Assembly: GCA_045106415.1 (NCBI GenBank)
Contig: JBGCEP010000030.1
Span: forward strand, 1-64,000
DNA: 64,000 bases
Direction: 5' to 3'
Origin: Oligoflexales bacterium
GTDB lineage: Bacteria > Bdellovibrionota_B > Oligoflexia > Oligoflexales > Bog-1112
Shown in pieces: positions 1-9,976 of the stretch; position 1 is the stretch's first letter, and each line of letters starts with the position of its first letter. The position numbers were made by a program, and so were the translations under genes. The notes below the pieces were generated by a model. It worked only from the letters and a program-made list of their open reading frames with translations. It was not told the DNA's origin and did not search any database.

Positions 1-568
1 CATGCATCACAATATCCTTCACAGGACACTCACTCAAACCTGTTACCGTGCCTCCTAAAGCTTTCAATTGATCGCTTTAAACAGCTCCAAATGCAATAAA
101 GTACTGACCAAGCCTCTCAACGGCGATCTAAACACAAAAAACTGAGAACCAGCAGAGTCATCAGTTTTGTTTTATACATAGGTAAAGTTTTGAAATCATG
201 GCAAAAATAGTTAAGTTACACAGACACTCTATGCCCTAAGCCTCTAATCCATGGAGGCATGCCTGCTTGCACAGCAAAAAAAATTAAAAACACGGTGAAA
301 TCTAACTTCATTAATACAAACGACTCTTCGACAAACCACTAAAACTCTCACCATGCCTCCAGGATTTTCCTAAGAGCCTCCCAACTTTCACCGCCCTGGC
401 ATAATTTTAAAAATATACGCATAATATTTTGATTAAAAATCAAGGGCTTGAGAAAATATCAAGGCTTCATCACAATAATTTCTCACAATTTACCCCTAAA
501 TGTTTTGCCATCTACTGTTAAAACCGGTATTATCCTCCATTTTTACATAGCCTAGCCCAGAGGTCTCC

Positions 569-1714
569 GTGAGCACCTATTTTGCAACATGCCCCCAGTC
601 TCTAGTCCCTATCCTTGAAAAAGAGCTCAAAGAGCTTGGAGCTAAAGAGGTTCGACCTCAGTACATGGCTGTTCGGTTTGAAGCAGACGATAGTACGTCA
701 TACCGAATTCACCTCCAATGCAGCACTGCCAGTCAAATTTTAAAGCTCCTTCGCGACTGCCCTGCGAGCAAGCCTCGAATTCTATTTGATAAGGCTCGAC
801 GTATTTCCTGGGAAACCTATCTTTCCTCCAAGACTACATACCGCATTGACGGAATTGCAGGAGATCGCGGCGAAGGCTGCATGACCTCAAATGAGATTTC
901 TAAAGAAGTACGTCACGCACTCACTGAACATTTCGAACACATCGGGGAAGCTCCTCCACGGGTTGATATTAAAAATCCTGATATTGTCATCCACGCAATG
1001 GTGAGAGAAAAGCGCGCAAAAATCAGCGCAGCAACCTCTGGACGAGCCCTCCATAAAAGGGGGTACCGCACATCTGGGCACCCCGCTCCCCTCCAAGAGA
1101 CAGTTGCAGCTGCCCTTCTTCGATATCTCGGCTACACTGGTCAAGAAGTCTTACTTGACCCGATGTCTGGAAGTGGGACCATTGCTATTGAAGCAGCCAT
1201 GATTGCTTTAGGAAAAAGCGTTCAGATTCATAGATCACAAGGAAGCTTTGGTTTAGAGCACATGCGTGACTTCGATCGTAACCTTTGGCGACAGACTGCC
1301 GATGACCTTCGGAAAAATGCAAAACAAGAAGTTTCTGCCGCTATTTACGCATATGACATCGAAGCTAAATACACACAAATGGCAAAAGAAAATGCTCTGC
1401 GTGCGAGAGTTGAAAGAAATATCAATTTCGCAACTCAGTCATTTTTAGATAGTAAAAAACCTGCCGAAACAGGAATTCTTATCTGTAATCTTCCGTATGG
1501 AAAAAGAATAGGCGACGAGCTAGAGACATTCTATAAACAGGTTGGGGATCACCTTAAAACAGAATACACAGGCTGGAAAGCTGGGTTACTTATCCCCAAG
1601 GGAGCACCAAGTATCGGACTTAAAAAATCTAAAGTTTTCAAACTCGACAATGGTGGCATTGAAACTGAGTTTCAGATTTTCGATCTCTATTCCGGATCTC
1701 GTAAAAACCACTGA
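569..1714 (+). CDS. rlmL: THUMP-domain 23S rRNA m2G2445 methyltransferase (RlmL/YpsC family)
   Basis: N-terminal FATCP..LEKEL, THUMP region, LHKRGYR...APLQETVAAA, LLDPMSGSGT SAM motif, CNLPYG motif; GTG start after GAGG. Confidence 0.85.
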   Translation: MSTYFATCPQSLVPILEKELKELGAKEVRPQYMAVRFEADDSTSYRIHLQCSTASQILKLLRDCPASKPRILFDKARRISWETYLSSKTTYRIDGIAGDRGEGCMTSNEISKEVRHALTEHFEHIGEAPPRVDIKNPDIVIHAMVREKRAKISAATSGRALHKRGYRTSGHPAPLQETVAAALLRYLGYTGQEVLLDPMSGSGTIAIEAAMIALGKSVQIHRSQGSFGLEHMRDFDRNLWRQTADDLRKNAKQEVSAAIYAYDIEAKYTQMAKENALRARVERNINFATQSFLDSKKPAETGILICNLPYGKRIGDELETFYKQVGDHLKTEYTGWKAGLLIPKGAPSIGLKKSKVFKLDNGGIETEFQIFDLYSGSRKNH

Positions 1715-2529
1715 GCGCATGTCCCGCTTGGCAATGCAAAACCTCTCTTGTTTCCAGTCTCTGGCACTGACATTTCAAAACTTTTGAAAATGCCTTTGTC
1801 AGAGATTTCTCTCAAGAGATTCTCCAGACTCATTGGTGTCCACCCTGGCGTATGACAAGAGAGCTGCATAAATGCAAACTCATCGGAGCGAAGTTTTGCG
1901 ATATCTTCCAACAGAAGACGGAGATCCTCTTCAATCTTCCACACCTGCCCTTTTGCCCCTCGCCCAAAACTAGGCGGATCCAAAATAACACCATCATACG
2001 TCCGACCTCTTTGAGCTTCTCTATTCACAAACTTGCGGGCATCATCCACAATCCACCGGATTGGGGCATCAGAAAGACCACTTAATTCAGCATTTTTACG
2101 AGCCCACTGTACGCTACTTTTAGAAGCATCAACATGAACAACTTCTGCACCTAAACGCGCCGCTTCCAAAGTCACAGCTCCTGTGTACGCAAACAAATGC
2201 AAAAGCCTAAACGGTCGTTTAAATCCTCGTATCGCATGCCTCATTGCACCCCAAGCATGATGCTCAGGAAAGGCTCCAACATGCCCAAATCCAGTCAGAT
2301 TAGCCTCAAGTTTAAGGTCCCCAATTGCAAACGACCAAGGCTCAGGCACTGCTGATTTTGGCTCCCAACGTCCCCCTTGAGCAGATTCTCTGATAAAGCT
2401 CACATCAGGCGACCACGATTTCAATGCGGGTTTCCAAACAGCTTGAGCAGCAGGACGGACAATCTTAAGGTGCCCAATTTGTTCATATTTTTGAAAATCA
2501 CCAGAATCAAGTAATTTATAACCAGCCAT
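1687..2529 (-). CDS. SAM-dependent rRNA methyltransferase, RlmI/RlmK-like (COG1092 short form)
   Basis: YKLLDSG..KYEQ, LHLFAYTG, VHVDAS, ILDPPSFG motifs; ATG at 2529 preceded by GGAGA. Confidence 0.8.
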   Translation of the reverse strand: MAGYKLLDSGDFQKYEQIGHLKIVRPAAQAVWKPALKSWSPDVSFIRESAQGGRWEPKSAVPEPWSFAIGDLKLEANLTGFGHVGAFPEHHAWGAMRHAIRGFKRPFRLLHLFAYTGAVTLEAARLGAEVVHVDASKSSVQWARKNAELSGLSDAPIRWIVDDARKFVNREAQRGRTYDGVILDPPSFGRGAKGQVWKIEEDLRLLLEDIAKLRSDEFAFMQLSCHTPGWTPMSLENLLREISDKGIFKSFEMSVPETGNKRGFALPSGTCAQWFLRDPE

Positions 2530-2628
2530 GTCTATCTCCAATCTTTCACTTCGCCCATTGAGTCAATCGTTTTTAGCGAAAGCGCCCCACCATAGCAATC
2601 GTTTTCAGAGCACGCAAGTCGCCCCATT

Positions 2629-2655
2629 TAAGGTTTAGACATAGATCTCCGATTC
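2629..2655 (+). promoter_or_regulatory. Candidate sigma28 (FliA) promoter of the globin gene
   Basis: TAAGGTTT-N11-TCCGATTC versus consensus TAAAGTTT-N11-GCCGATAA, ending 35 nt before the GTG start. Confidence 0.45.
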
Positions 2656-2690
2656 TGAATATATATCGAAAACAACAGAGGTTCAGAACC

Positions 2691-3662
2691 GTGACTTTTC
2701 AGATAGACTTGATTCAGTCTTCCTTTAAAGAAGTTTCCACACAAGGTCCAGCTTTTGTGGCTCGCTTTTACGAAATTGTCTGGGATCGTTATCCAGAGCT
2801 CGCAAAACTCTTCAAAGAAGAAGATATGAGCAGCCAGCGTACAGCTTTTTTATCTATGTTCACCTACTGCATCGACAGCCTTCATAATCTAGACACACTT
2901 AAACAGGTGCTGCACGAACTCGGCGCCCAGCACTCTCATCACGGCATACAAAATGATCATTATGCTCAATTTGGAGAATGTTTCCTCATGACCCTGTCTG
3001 AATATTTTTATCACAACTGGACTGAAGAGCTCGCCGATCAATGGACTCAAGTTTTCGCTATGATTGCAAACTTCATGAAAGAAGGCGCAAGCTCAACCCA
3101 ACAAAACTCACAAAACACCCAAGAGCCAATAACAACCATCAAGGAAAGCGGAACAATGCACACAACAGAAGAAAATAACTCCAATAACATCTCATCACAA
3201 CACCAAGAAACCCACGACACAATATCGGCCAATACAGAACAAACGACCTCGGTCTATGAGCATTCAGAACAAACAAAAGAGCAACGAATCAGCAACAACG
3301 AGAATCAACCAACACCAACAACAGAGGCTTGCCCGTCCACACCAAGTGATGAAAACCAGGCAACCTCTCCACAAGAAAACACACCCAACCCACACACCAC
3401 GATTTCAGAGCCCTCAAACGTTGAAGAACAGGTCCCTGAAATCGAAAAAACTGAACAACAACAAAGCCTGCTTGAGGAGGGTAAAATGGAAACAACGTCA
3501 GCACCAGAAAGCACATCAAACAATACAGATCTTCTTGATCTCATTCGCCAAAAAGCTCAAGAACAAGCAAAAAAAGAAGTACAAGCTCTTTGGGATAAAG
3601 CCTTTGAAGAAGCTGTTCACCAAGAACTTGCAGAATTGGTTTCTAAAGATTCCGCAGCCTAA
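2691..3662 (+). CDS. Globin-domain protein with a long low-complexity acidic linker and a C-terminal helix
   Basis: IQSSF...FVARFYE...YPELAKLF...LGAQHSHHGI..HY..FGE.FL..L...W fits a 3/3 globin with the proximal His; residues ~135-280 are T/S/E/N/Q/P-rich. Confidence 0.85.
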   Translation: MTFQIDLIQSSFKEVSTQGPAFVARFYEIVWDRYPELAKLFKEEDMSSQRTAFLSMFTYCIDSLHNLDTLKQVLHELGAQHSHHGIQNDHYAQFGECFLMTLSEYFYHNWTEELADQWTQVFAMIANFMKEGASSTQQNSQNTQEPITTIKESGTMHTTEENNSNNISSQHQETHDTISANTEQTTSVYEHSEQTKEQRISNNENQPTPTTEACPSTPSDENQATSPQENTPNPHTTISEPSNVEEQVPEIEKTEQQQSLLEEGKMETTSAPESTSNNTDLLDLIRQKAQEQAKKEVQALWDKAFEEAVHQELAELVSKDSAA

Positions 3663-3715
3663 AAAATATCTTTTAGGAGCTGAAATTAAAATTTAATACC
3701 AAATCAAAACGTGTT

Positions 3716-4972
3716 CTACGCTGATTTTTTCACAAGAAAAAAACTCAAAAGTCCTCCCCCTGTCAAAACAAGACATATCAGAAACAAAAAGGGAAGCATC
3801 ATATTTCCACTTACAGTGTAAAGATACGTGGAAAGCATTGGCGTAGCCCCTGATAAAATCGTTGAACCTAAAGTATGCCCTAACCCAACAGCTCGGTAAC
3901 GTGCCTCCACAGGGAAATGACTATAAATCACAGCGTGCATAAGGCTACTCAGCGGCGCAATTGTGACAGCAAGTCCAACAAGACCTAAAAAAACAATACT
4001 TTCTTGAAAAGAAGAGAGCCCTTGAATAAGAAAAATAACACCAAAGAGTATGTTGCACACACCAAAAACAACCACCCTTTTAAATCCAAAATGGTCAGCA
4101 GCCACCCCTGATAAGATCATCGAACATGCAAAAACAAATAAAGCAGTCGAAAACAGGCTCCCACTCATGGGAAAATCAATAAGTTGAAAATAACTTTTAA
4201 GGAAAATAAAAGTAAATTGATAAGAGCCTCCAATCGCACCACACGTTAAGGATACCAGTGCAATATTTTTAAAATGATCTCTAAGAACTTGGACATAAGG
4301 TTGATGTTGCACACCTTTATTTTTCATTCTTTCAAATTCTGGAGTCTCCCCCATACTGGATCGTAACCAAAAAACAAGTAAAGCAAGAGGAAGGCTGAGC
4401 AAAAAAGGTATTCTCCAGGCCCACGTTGGAAAAACTTCAAGCCCAAAGAAAGACACTGTCACACTACCAAAAAAAAGTCCCATCACCGCAGCAGCCCTTG
4501 TCAACGAAGCACCAAAACCACGACGTGACTCAGGCACATGTTCTAACACATATAGCGCAGCACCATCGTATTCTCCTCCAGCAAAAAAACCTTGAAGTAG
4601 CCTGCAAACAACAATGGAAGCTGTCGCAAAAACACCAACAGAGGCATATGTCGGCAAACAACCTATAAAAAACGTCGGAATACACATGCCTAATATCGTC
4701 AAAGTTAAACTTTTTCGACGACCACACCGATCTCCCAGTGAACCAAAGTAAATAGAACCTAAAGGCTTCACCAAATACCCCATCATCAAAACAATGAAAG
4801 TATACATAAGCCCTTGCTCTGGATTTGATTTTGGAAAGAAAGCATCTTTTAAAACAAACGCGGAAAAACCATAAAGCCCGTAATCAAAATACTCAACGAC
4901 GGTTCCGAGTAAAGCATTCATTAATGCTCGTAATTGAATTTTATCTTTCTCCACATGCTTACCCTTCGCCAT
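3716..4972 (-). CDS. MFS metabolite:H+ symporter (ProP/MHS family)
   Basis: GTVVEYFDYGLYG, GSLGDRCGRR, RLLQGFFAGGEY, WAWRIPF, ETPEF; about 12 hydrophobic segments. Confidence 0.85.
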   Translation of the reverse strand: MAKGKHVEKDKIQLRALMNALLGTVVEYFDYGLYGFSAFVLKDAFFPKSNPEQGLMYTFIVLMMGYLVKPLGSIYFGSLGDRCGRRKSLTLTILGMCIPTFFIGCLPTYASVGVFATASIVVCRLLQGFFAGGEYDGAALYVLEHVPESRRGFGASLTRAAAVMGLFFGSVTVSFFGLEVFPTWAWRIPFLLSLPLALLVFWLRSSMGETPEFERMKNKGVQHQPYVQVLRDHFKNIALVSLTCGAIGGSYQFTFIFLKSYFQLIDFPMSGSLFSTALFVFACSMILSGVAADHFGFKRVVVFGVCNILFGVIFLIQGLSSFQESIVFLGLVGLAVTIAPLSSLMHAVIYSHFPVEARYRAVGLGHTLGSTILSGATPMLSTYLYTVSGNMMLPFLFLICLVLTGGGLLSFFLVKKSA

Positions 4973-5373
4973 AAGGAATCTTATCAAAAAACTAAAACAG
5001 TGCTATTACACAATATCGCACCATCCTTCTTTAAAATTTTATCTTTTTTAAAAATCTTTCATAAAAAACAACAACTTGATATTGTATACATAATACGGCC
5101 TTCATATTACAACAAAGCTCTCACAGGTTGTAAAAACCAGTATTTTATACTTTTAAGTCAAAACAAATATGTTAAAAAACCTCATCAAGTCTGTTGAAAA
5201 AAATTTCAGTTTCAACAAATATCGACCTCCATTGAACACCAGCATTTACACACAGCGCTTCAACAGTTCAAGTTGCATAACACTACAGATAGTAATAGTT
5301 TGCTTTTTGTTGCTCTACACAGAGCTCGTCGTTTGCAATTTTTTGCAAACTCAACATGGTATAGGAAGTACAT

Positions 5374-6132
5374 ATGATCAAGCGAATCAAACGTGGGTGG
5401 ATGAAACTTCAAGTCGAATCTATCACTCAAGAAACTCCTGACACCGTCACTCTTCACTTTGTTGATGCTGACGAAGGGGGTCGACAATTTGATTATATAG
5501 CGGGTCAATATCTCACGTTTCGATTTGACAACCTAAGTGAAAAACCAGTTGTGCGCTCCTACACAATGTCGAGTTCTCCCACAGAAGACGTAAAAACAAT
5601 TGACGTAACCGTCAAAGAGGTTGCTGATCCCTTTATTAGCAAATATCTTACTCAAACTGTCCGTGTAGGTGATATTTTAAGAGCAAGAGGACCTATAGGC
5701 CGATTCGGCTATCAGGCTTCCGTCGATCACCCTCACCTGGTTATGACAGCAGGCGGCAGTGGGGTGACACCATTTCTCAGCCTTATGCGAGAACACTCAA
5801 AAACGTTAGGGCAAAAGGGATCTCCTGACACAATGACGCTCATTGCCTCATTTAGAACTCAAGAAGATATTATCTGCAAAAAACAACTGGAAGATCTCAA
5901 TCAAGTGCATGGAGTCCACATTTATATAACTCTGTCACGAGAAGATGCTATAGATAAGGGCTACCTGAAAGGACGAATCGACGCCACATTATTAGAGAAG
6001 ACTTGTTCTTCAGAGTATAAAAACTCGACATTTATGACCTGCGGCCCTGAGGCCATCATGAACACAACTGTCGAGTTTCTTAAAAAAATCGGCGTTGACT
6101 CAGCACACATCAAAACAGAATCTTTCAACTAA
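5374..6132 (+). CDS. FAD/NAD(P)-binding ferredoxin-reductase-type oxidoreductase (PaaE/Hmp-reductase-like, no 2Fe-2S domain)
   Basis: AGQYLT, RSYTMSS, AGGSGVTPFLS, CGPEAI, C-terminal ESF. Confidence 0.85.
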   Translation: MIKRIKRGWMKLQVESITQETPDTVTLHFVDADEGGRQFDYIAGQYLTFRFDNLSEKPVVRSYTMSSSPTEDVKTIDVTVKEVADPFISKYLTQTVRVGDILRARGPIGRFGYQASVDHPHLVMTAGGSGVTPFLSLMREHSKTLGQKGSPDTMTLIASFRTQEDIICKKQLEDLNQVHGVHIYITLSREDAIDKGYLKGRIDATLLEKTCSSEYKNSTFMTCGPEAIMNTTVEFLKKIGVDSAHIKTESFN

Positions 6133-7235
6133 GACTGATAGCTTTCATGTGGCATTTGTAGCGCAGTCCCAACAGCACTATGCATCAGTCGACCGTCATG
6201 CGTATTCAGACCCGTACGAATCATCAGCGATTGTTCCAAAGCACTTGCAATACCTTGGTTTGCGATCTGAACAGCATAAGGCAGAGTGACATTGGTTAGG
6301 GCGTATGTACTCGTCATAGGAACAGCACCAGGAATGTTTGTCACTCCATAGTGAATCACCCCTTCGTCAACATACACAGGGTCATCATGAGTTGTTGCGC
6401 GGATCGTTTCAATAGCTCCACCTTGATCAATAGAAACATCAACAATCGCCGACCCAGGCTCCATAGCTTTCACCATACCTCTTGTCACAAGAGTGGGTGC
6501 TTTCGCCCCTGTCACCAATACAGCGCCAACGAGCAAGTCGGCTTCAGCAGCACATTGAGCAATACTCTCAGGATTAGACATAAGGGTTGTTATCGCTGTC
6601 CCAAAAATATCATCTAACCACGCAAGTCTAGCTGCATCAACATCCAGAACTGTCACTTGCGCGCCAAGTCCTACAGCAATCTTAATAGAATTCAACCCAA
6701 CAACACCACCACCAATAATAGCAACTCGCCCGCGACGAACACCAGGAACCCCACCTAAGAGAAGCCCCTTACCGCCAATATGCTTCTCAAGACAGTGAGC
6801 ACCAACTTGAACCGCCATACGCCCAGCGACTTCACTCATAGGCTTCAAAAGAGGCAAGCTACCATCAGGCGCTTCCATTGTTTCATACGCAATTGAAGTC
6901 ACTTTTTTCTTAAGCAGCGCATCCGTGAGAGGCTTATCTGCCGCTAAATGCAAATATGTATATAAAACTTGTCCCGACTGCATACGCTCATACTCAGCGG
7001 GAACAGGCTCTTTTACCTTGATAATCATCTCCGCAGACTTCCAAACTTCATCTGCTGAAGTGATAATTTTCGCACCAGCTTCTTTATAAGCAGAGTCGAC
7101 AATGCCAACACCTTGGCCTGCACCAGCTTCCATGAGAACCTCATGGCCAGCCTTACTCAAAATAGCCACTCCACCTGGAACAAGACCTACACGATTTTCG
7201 CGTGTTTTAATTTCTTTCGGGACTCCAATAATCAT
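6129..7235 (-). CDS. ald: Alanine dehydrogenase
   Basis: [45 protein letters not shown] at 7235 after GAGG. Confidence 0.95.
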   Translation of the reverse strand: MIIGVPKEIKTRENRVGLVPGGVAILSKAGHEVLMEAGAGQGVGIVDSAYKEAGAKIITSADEVWKSAEMIIKVKEPVPAEYERMQSGQVLYTYLHLAADKPLTDALLKKKVTSIAYETMEAPDGSLPLLKPMSEVAGRMAVQVGAHCLEKHIGGKGLLLGGVPGVRRGRVAIIGGGVVGLNSIKIAVGLGAQVTVLDVDAARLAWLDDIFGTAITTLMSNPESIAQCAAEADLLVGAVLVTGAKAPTLVTRGMVKAMEPGSAIVDVSIDQGGAIETIRATTHDDPVYVDEGVIHYGVTNIPGAVPMTSTYALTNVTLPYAVQIANQGIASALEQSLMIRTGLNTHDGRLMHSAVGTALQMPHESYQS

Positions 7236-7487
7236 TCTGCAACCTCGTGTGTAAAATGTTATTGAAATTGTAACGATCTTATCGAGGAGATAGCAATCTT
7301 TGTAGCTCAACCTTTAATAATTCTAAACGCACAATAGTACTACTACACACTTCGCCTTAAAGAACACGGGAACCACAAGAGATTTTTAACTTGAATGCAA
7401 CAACACCTATTTTTTTAGTACTAAAACTAATCACACGACAAAAGTTGAAACAACAAAGAGCATGAAAAATTAAAGCGGTTAACCACA

Positions 7488-8672
7488 TTAAATGGCCTCA
7501 ACACAATAACCATGCAACATGTTCAATACACTTGCCGTTTCTGCAGCACGAACCCCAATTCTCAATGTGGTATCATCCACTTCTAGAAACAGAGCTCGAC
7601 CACCTAAACTTTTTGTCACATCGTTCAAAAGTCGAATATCACTCTTAAATCCCGATCCCACCATTGTTAAAATAGAACACTCTTGAAGTTCAACAACGGC
7701 TTTTATATTTTTTAATCTATCTTGAAGCGCATCTAAAAAATTAAGACTTACACTTAAAACCCCCTGCTGCTGATCTGCTAATATTTCTAAACGGCAAATC
7801 AGAGTATGCTCTCCTTTTTCCCACAGCCATTTTAAAAGGTCGCTCCACAGAGGTAATAGGCTCGCATGCTTTATAGACACTTTAACTTGACCGACTTGCT
7901 GAGTCACAGCCTTTACGTAAGAAGATTCAACTCTAGAAACAACACCAATACGAGTCGCCGTTCGCCCTTCGTCTTTTAAGGCACAGAGTTCAATTGGTAT
8001 TTTTTGTGACCTCGCCAGTTCAGCTCCTCGATGATGCAAGATTCCAGCTCCTGACCACGCTAAAGCGCAAGCTTCATCCCAGCTGAGTTCAGATAAATTT
8101 TTAGCTGAAGAAACTTGCTGCGGATCTGCCGTCATAAATCCGTTCACACCTTTATAAAGCTGACAAGCATTTGCTTTTAGTGTAACTGCTAAGGCGACAG
8201 CCGTCAGATCAGAGCCCCCTCTTCCAAGAGTTGTAATATCTTTTGAAATTGGGGACACACCTTGAAATCCAGCAACAACAACAACATAACCCTTATCTAA
8301 AGCCTCTTGAACTCGATAGGGTTTGACTTCTAAAATTTTTGCATTGCGGTGTGTTCCATCCGTTAAAATACCTGATTGTGAACCCGTCAAGGAAATCGCT
8401 TTCACACCTAAAGAATCAAGAGTCATACTAAAAAGCGCCATTGTCATGCGCTCACCACTACTGAGCAACACATCAACTTCTCGGGCTGGGGGTTGACTGT
8501 GATAACGATCAGCGAGCTCTTGAAGCTCATCTGTTTGACTACCCATGGCGCTCACAACAACAACGACTTGATCGCCTCGACTCACCGCTGCTTGCACTTG
8601 TTTCGCACTCTGAAGCACTCTTTTTTGGTTTGCAACGGCCCACCCCCCAAATTTTTGCACTATCAGTCCCAC
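7488..8672 (-). CDS. lysC: Aspartate kinase (divergent)
   Basis: VQKFGG, VVVVSAMG, GFQG, TTLGRGGSDLTA, TADP; GTG start at 8672 after GAGGTGG. Confidence 0.8.
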   Translation of the reverse strand: MGLIVQKFGGWAVANQKRVLQSAKQVQAAVSRGDQVVVVVSAMGSQTDELQELADRYHSQPPAREVDVLLSSGERMTMALFSMTLDSLGVKAISLTGSQSGILTDGTHRNAKILEVKPYRVQEALDKGYVVVVAGFQGVSPISKDITTLGRGGSDLTAVALAVTLKANACQLYKGVNGFMTADPQQVSSAKNLSELSWDEACALAWSGAGILHHRGAELARSQKIPIELCALKDEGRTATRIGVVSRVESSYVKAVTQQVGQVKVSIKHASLLPLWSDLLKWLWEKGEHTLICRLEILADQQQGVLSVSLNFLDALQDRLKNIKAVVELQECSILTMVGSGFKSDIRLLNDVTKSLGGRALFLEVDDTTLRIGVRAAETASVLNMLHGYCVEAI

Positions 8673-8786
8673 TTCCCACCTCTTTTCATACTTTTTAGAA
8701 CAACACTTGCGCGCTCTTGACGACGGTCGCATCATAGATATATCAGAGTTTCTTGAAGACTCTATCTTTCTTTATAGGAGATCGAC

Positions 8787-9560
8787 ATGGCTGAAGTTGA
8801 AATCACCGTTTTAGGCAGTGGCACCTCAGTAGGCGTGCCTGTTATTGGCTGTGACTGCGACATCTGCTATGAGCCAAAACCTAAAAACATTCGGACTCGT
8901 TGCTGCCTTCAGGTCAAATTCCCTGACAACCGCATCGCTATTTTTGACACCCCCCCTGACTTTAGGACACAAATCTTAAAGGCCAAAACAAAATCAATCG
9001 ATGCAGTCTTATACACACACACTCACGCAGATCACACACATGGATTTGACGATCTTCGTGCTTTTTATTTCCAAAATCGTCAGCCAGTTCCCTGCTGGAT
9101 TACAAAAGATCACGCAATTGATCTTACTCAAAGGTTTCAGTATGCCTTTCAAGACACAGGCTACGCGGGAAGCCCTCCTCAAGTCACTTTAAACACGATA
9201 ACCAGTCATTTTAACCTTTTTGGTTATGAGGTCGAAACTTTCCAACTCCCTCACGGAGCTGGCACAACAACGGCTTTTCGCATAGGTCAATTCGCTTACG
9301 CAACTGACTTTCAGCACATGCCAGACCACGTCAAAGACGCTTGGAGAGGAAAAATTCATACCATGGTCGCAAGCGGCATCGGATGGAAACCTCACGCTAC
9401 ACACTCCAGTGTCCGGGAAACTGAAGCTTTATTTGAAGAGTTAGGCGTGGAACACGGTATTATCCACCATCTTTCACACACAGTCGACTACTATAAACAC
9501 ACCTTAAAAACTGGATATGAATTTGCTTTTGACAACATGAATTTTAAGGCTTCGGTATAG
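8787..9560 (+). CDS. MBL-fold metallo-hydrolase (PhnP/YycJ-like phosphodiesterase)
   Basis: LGSGTSVGVPVIGCDCDIC, THTHADHTHG (HxHxDH), YATD; AGGAG RBS. Confidence 0.9.
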   Translation: MAEVEITVLGSGTSVGVPVIGCDCDICYEPKPKNIRTRCCLQVKFPDNRIAIFDTPPDFRTQILKAKTKSIDAVLYTHTHADHTHGFDDLRAFYFQNRQPVPCWITKDHAIDLTQRFQYAFQDTGYAGSPPQVTLNTITSHFNLFGYEVETFQLPHGAGTTTAFRIGQFAYATDFQHMPDHVKDAWRGKIHTMVASGIGWKPHATHSSVRETEALFEELGVEHGIIHHLSHTVDYYKHTLKTGYEFAFDNMNFKASV

Positions 9561-9975
9561 AATTCATCATCGTTTCATCAGCCTCAACAGCACGACACTC
9601 TTGGTCATACCCACCAGCATAAACTTGCCAAGCCTTTAACCAAGGAAGACGAGAACGATCTTTTGGAAGGCTACGAATAAGATTTGGCATCGTCACCCAA
9701 TCTTGACAGATATTTTTTTGCTCAGGAAGGATTCGCGCAACACAAAGAGTTTGTTCTTCACCATAAAGCATCACAGTTTCTGAGAATTGATGCCAATAAT
9801 GAATATCAATCCCCCTCAATTCAGAATTGATTGTTGTTTTTGCGTACTCCACAAAAAGTTCAACAACAGGCGTTCGACCAGCTCTACGAATCACTGGCGC
9901 AGACGGGAAACGTAAGACACCTTCAATTTCAACACCTAAAAGCAGCACAGCACTCTGCGTTTTACAAAAAAACAT
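9544..9975 (-). CDS. Hypothetical protein immediately downstream of mglA
   Basis: 143-aa ORF starting 1 nt after the mglA stop; no family recognised. Confidence 0.6.
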   Translation of the reverse strand: MFFCKTQSAVLLLGVEIEGVLRFPSAPVIRRAGRTPVVELFVEYAKTTINSELRGIDIHYWHQFSETVMLYGEEQTLCVARILPEQKNICQDWVTMPNLIRSLPKDRSRLPWLKAWQVYAGGYDQECRAVEADETMMNSIPKP

Positions 9976-9976
9976 A

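Noticed and set aside
1..68. Partial minus-strand CDS (LKALGGTVTGLSECPVKDIVMH...)
   Set aside because: It is too short and has no well-spaced RBS, so no product can be supported.
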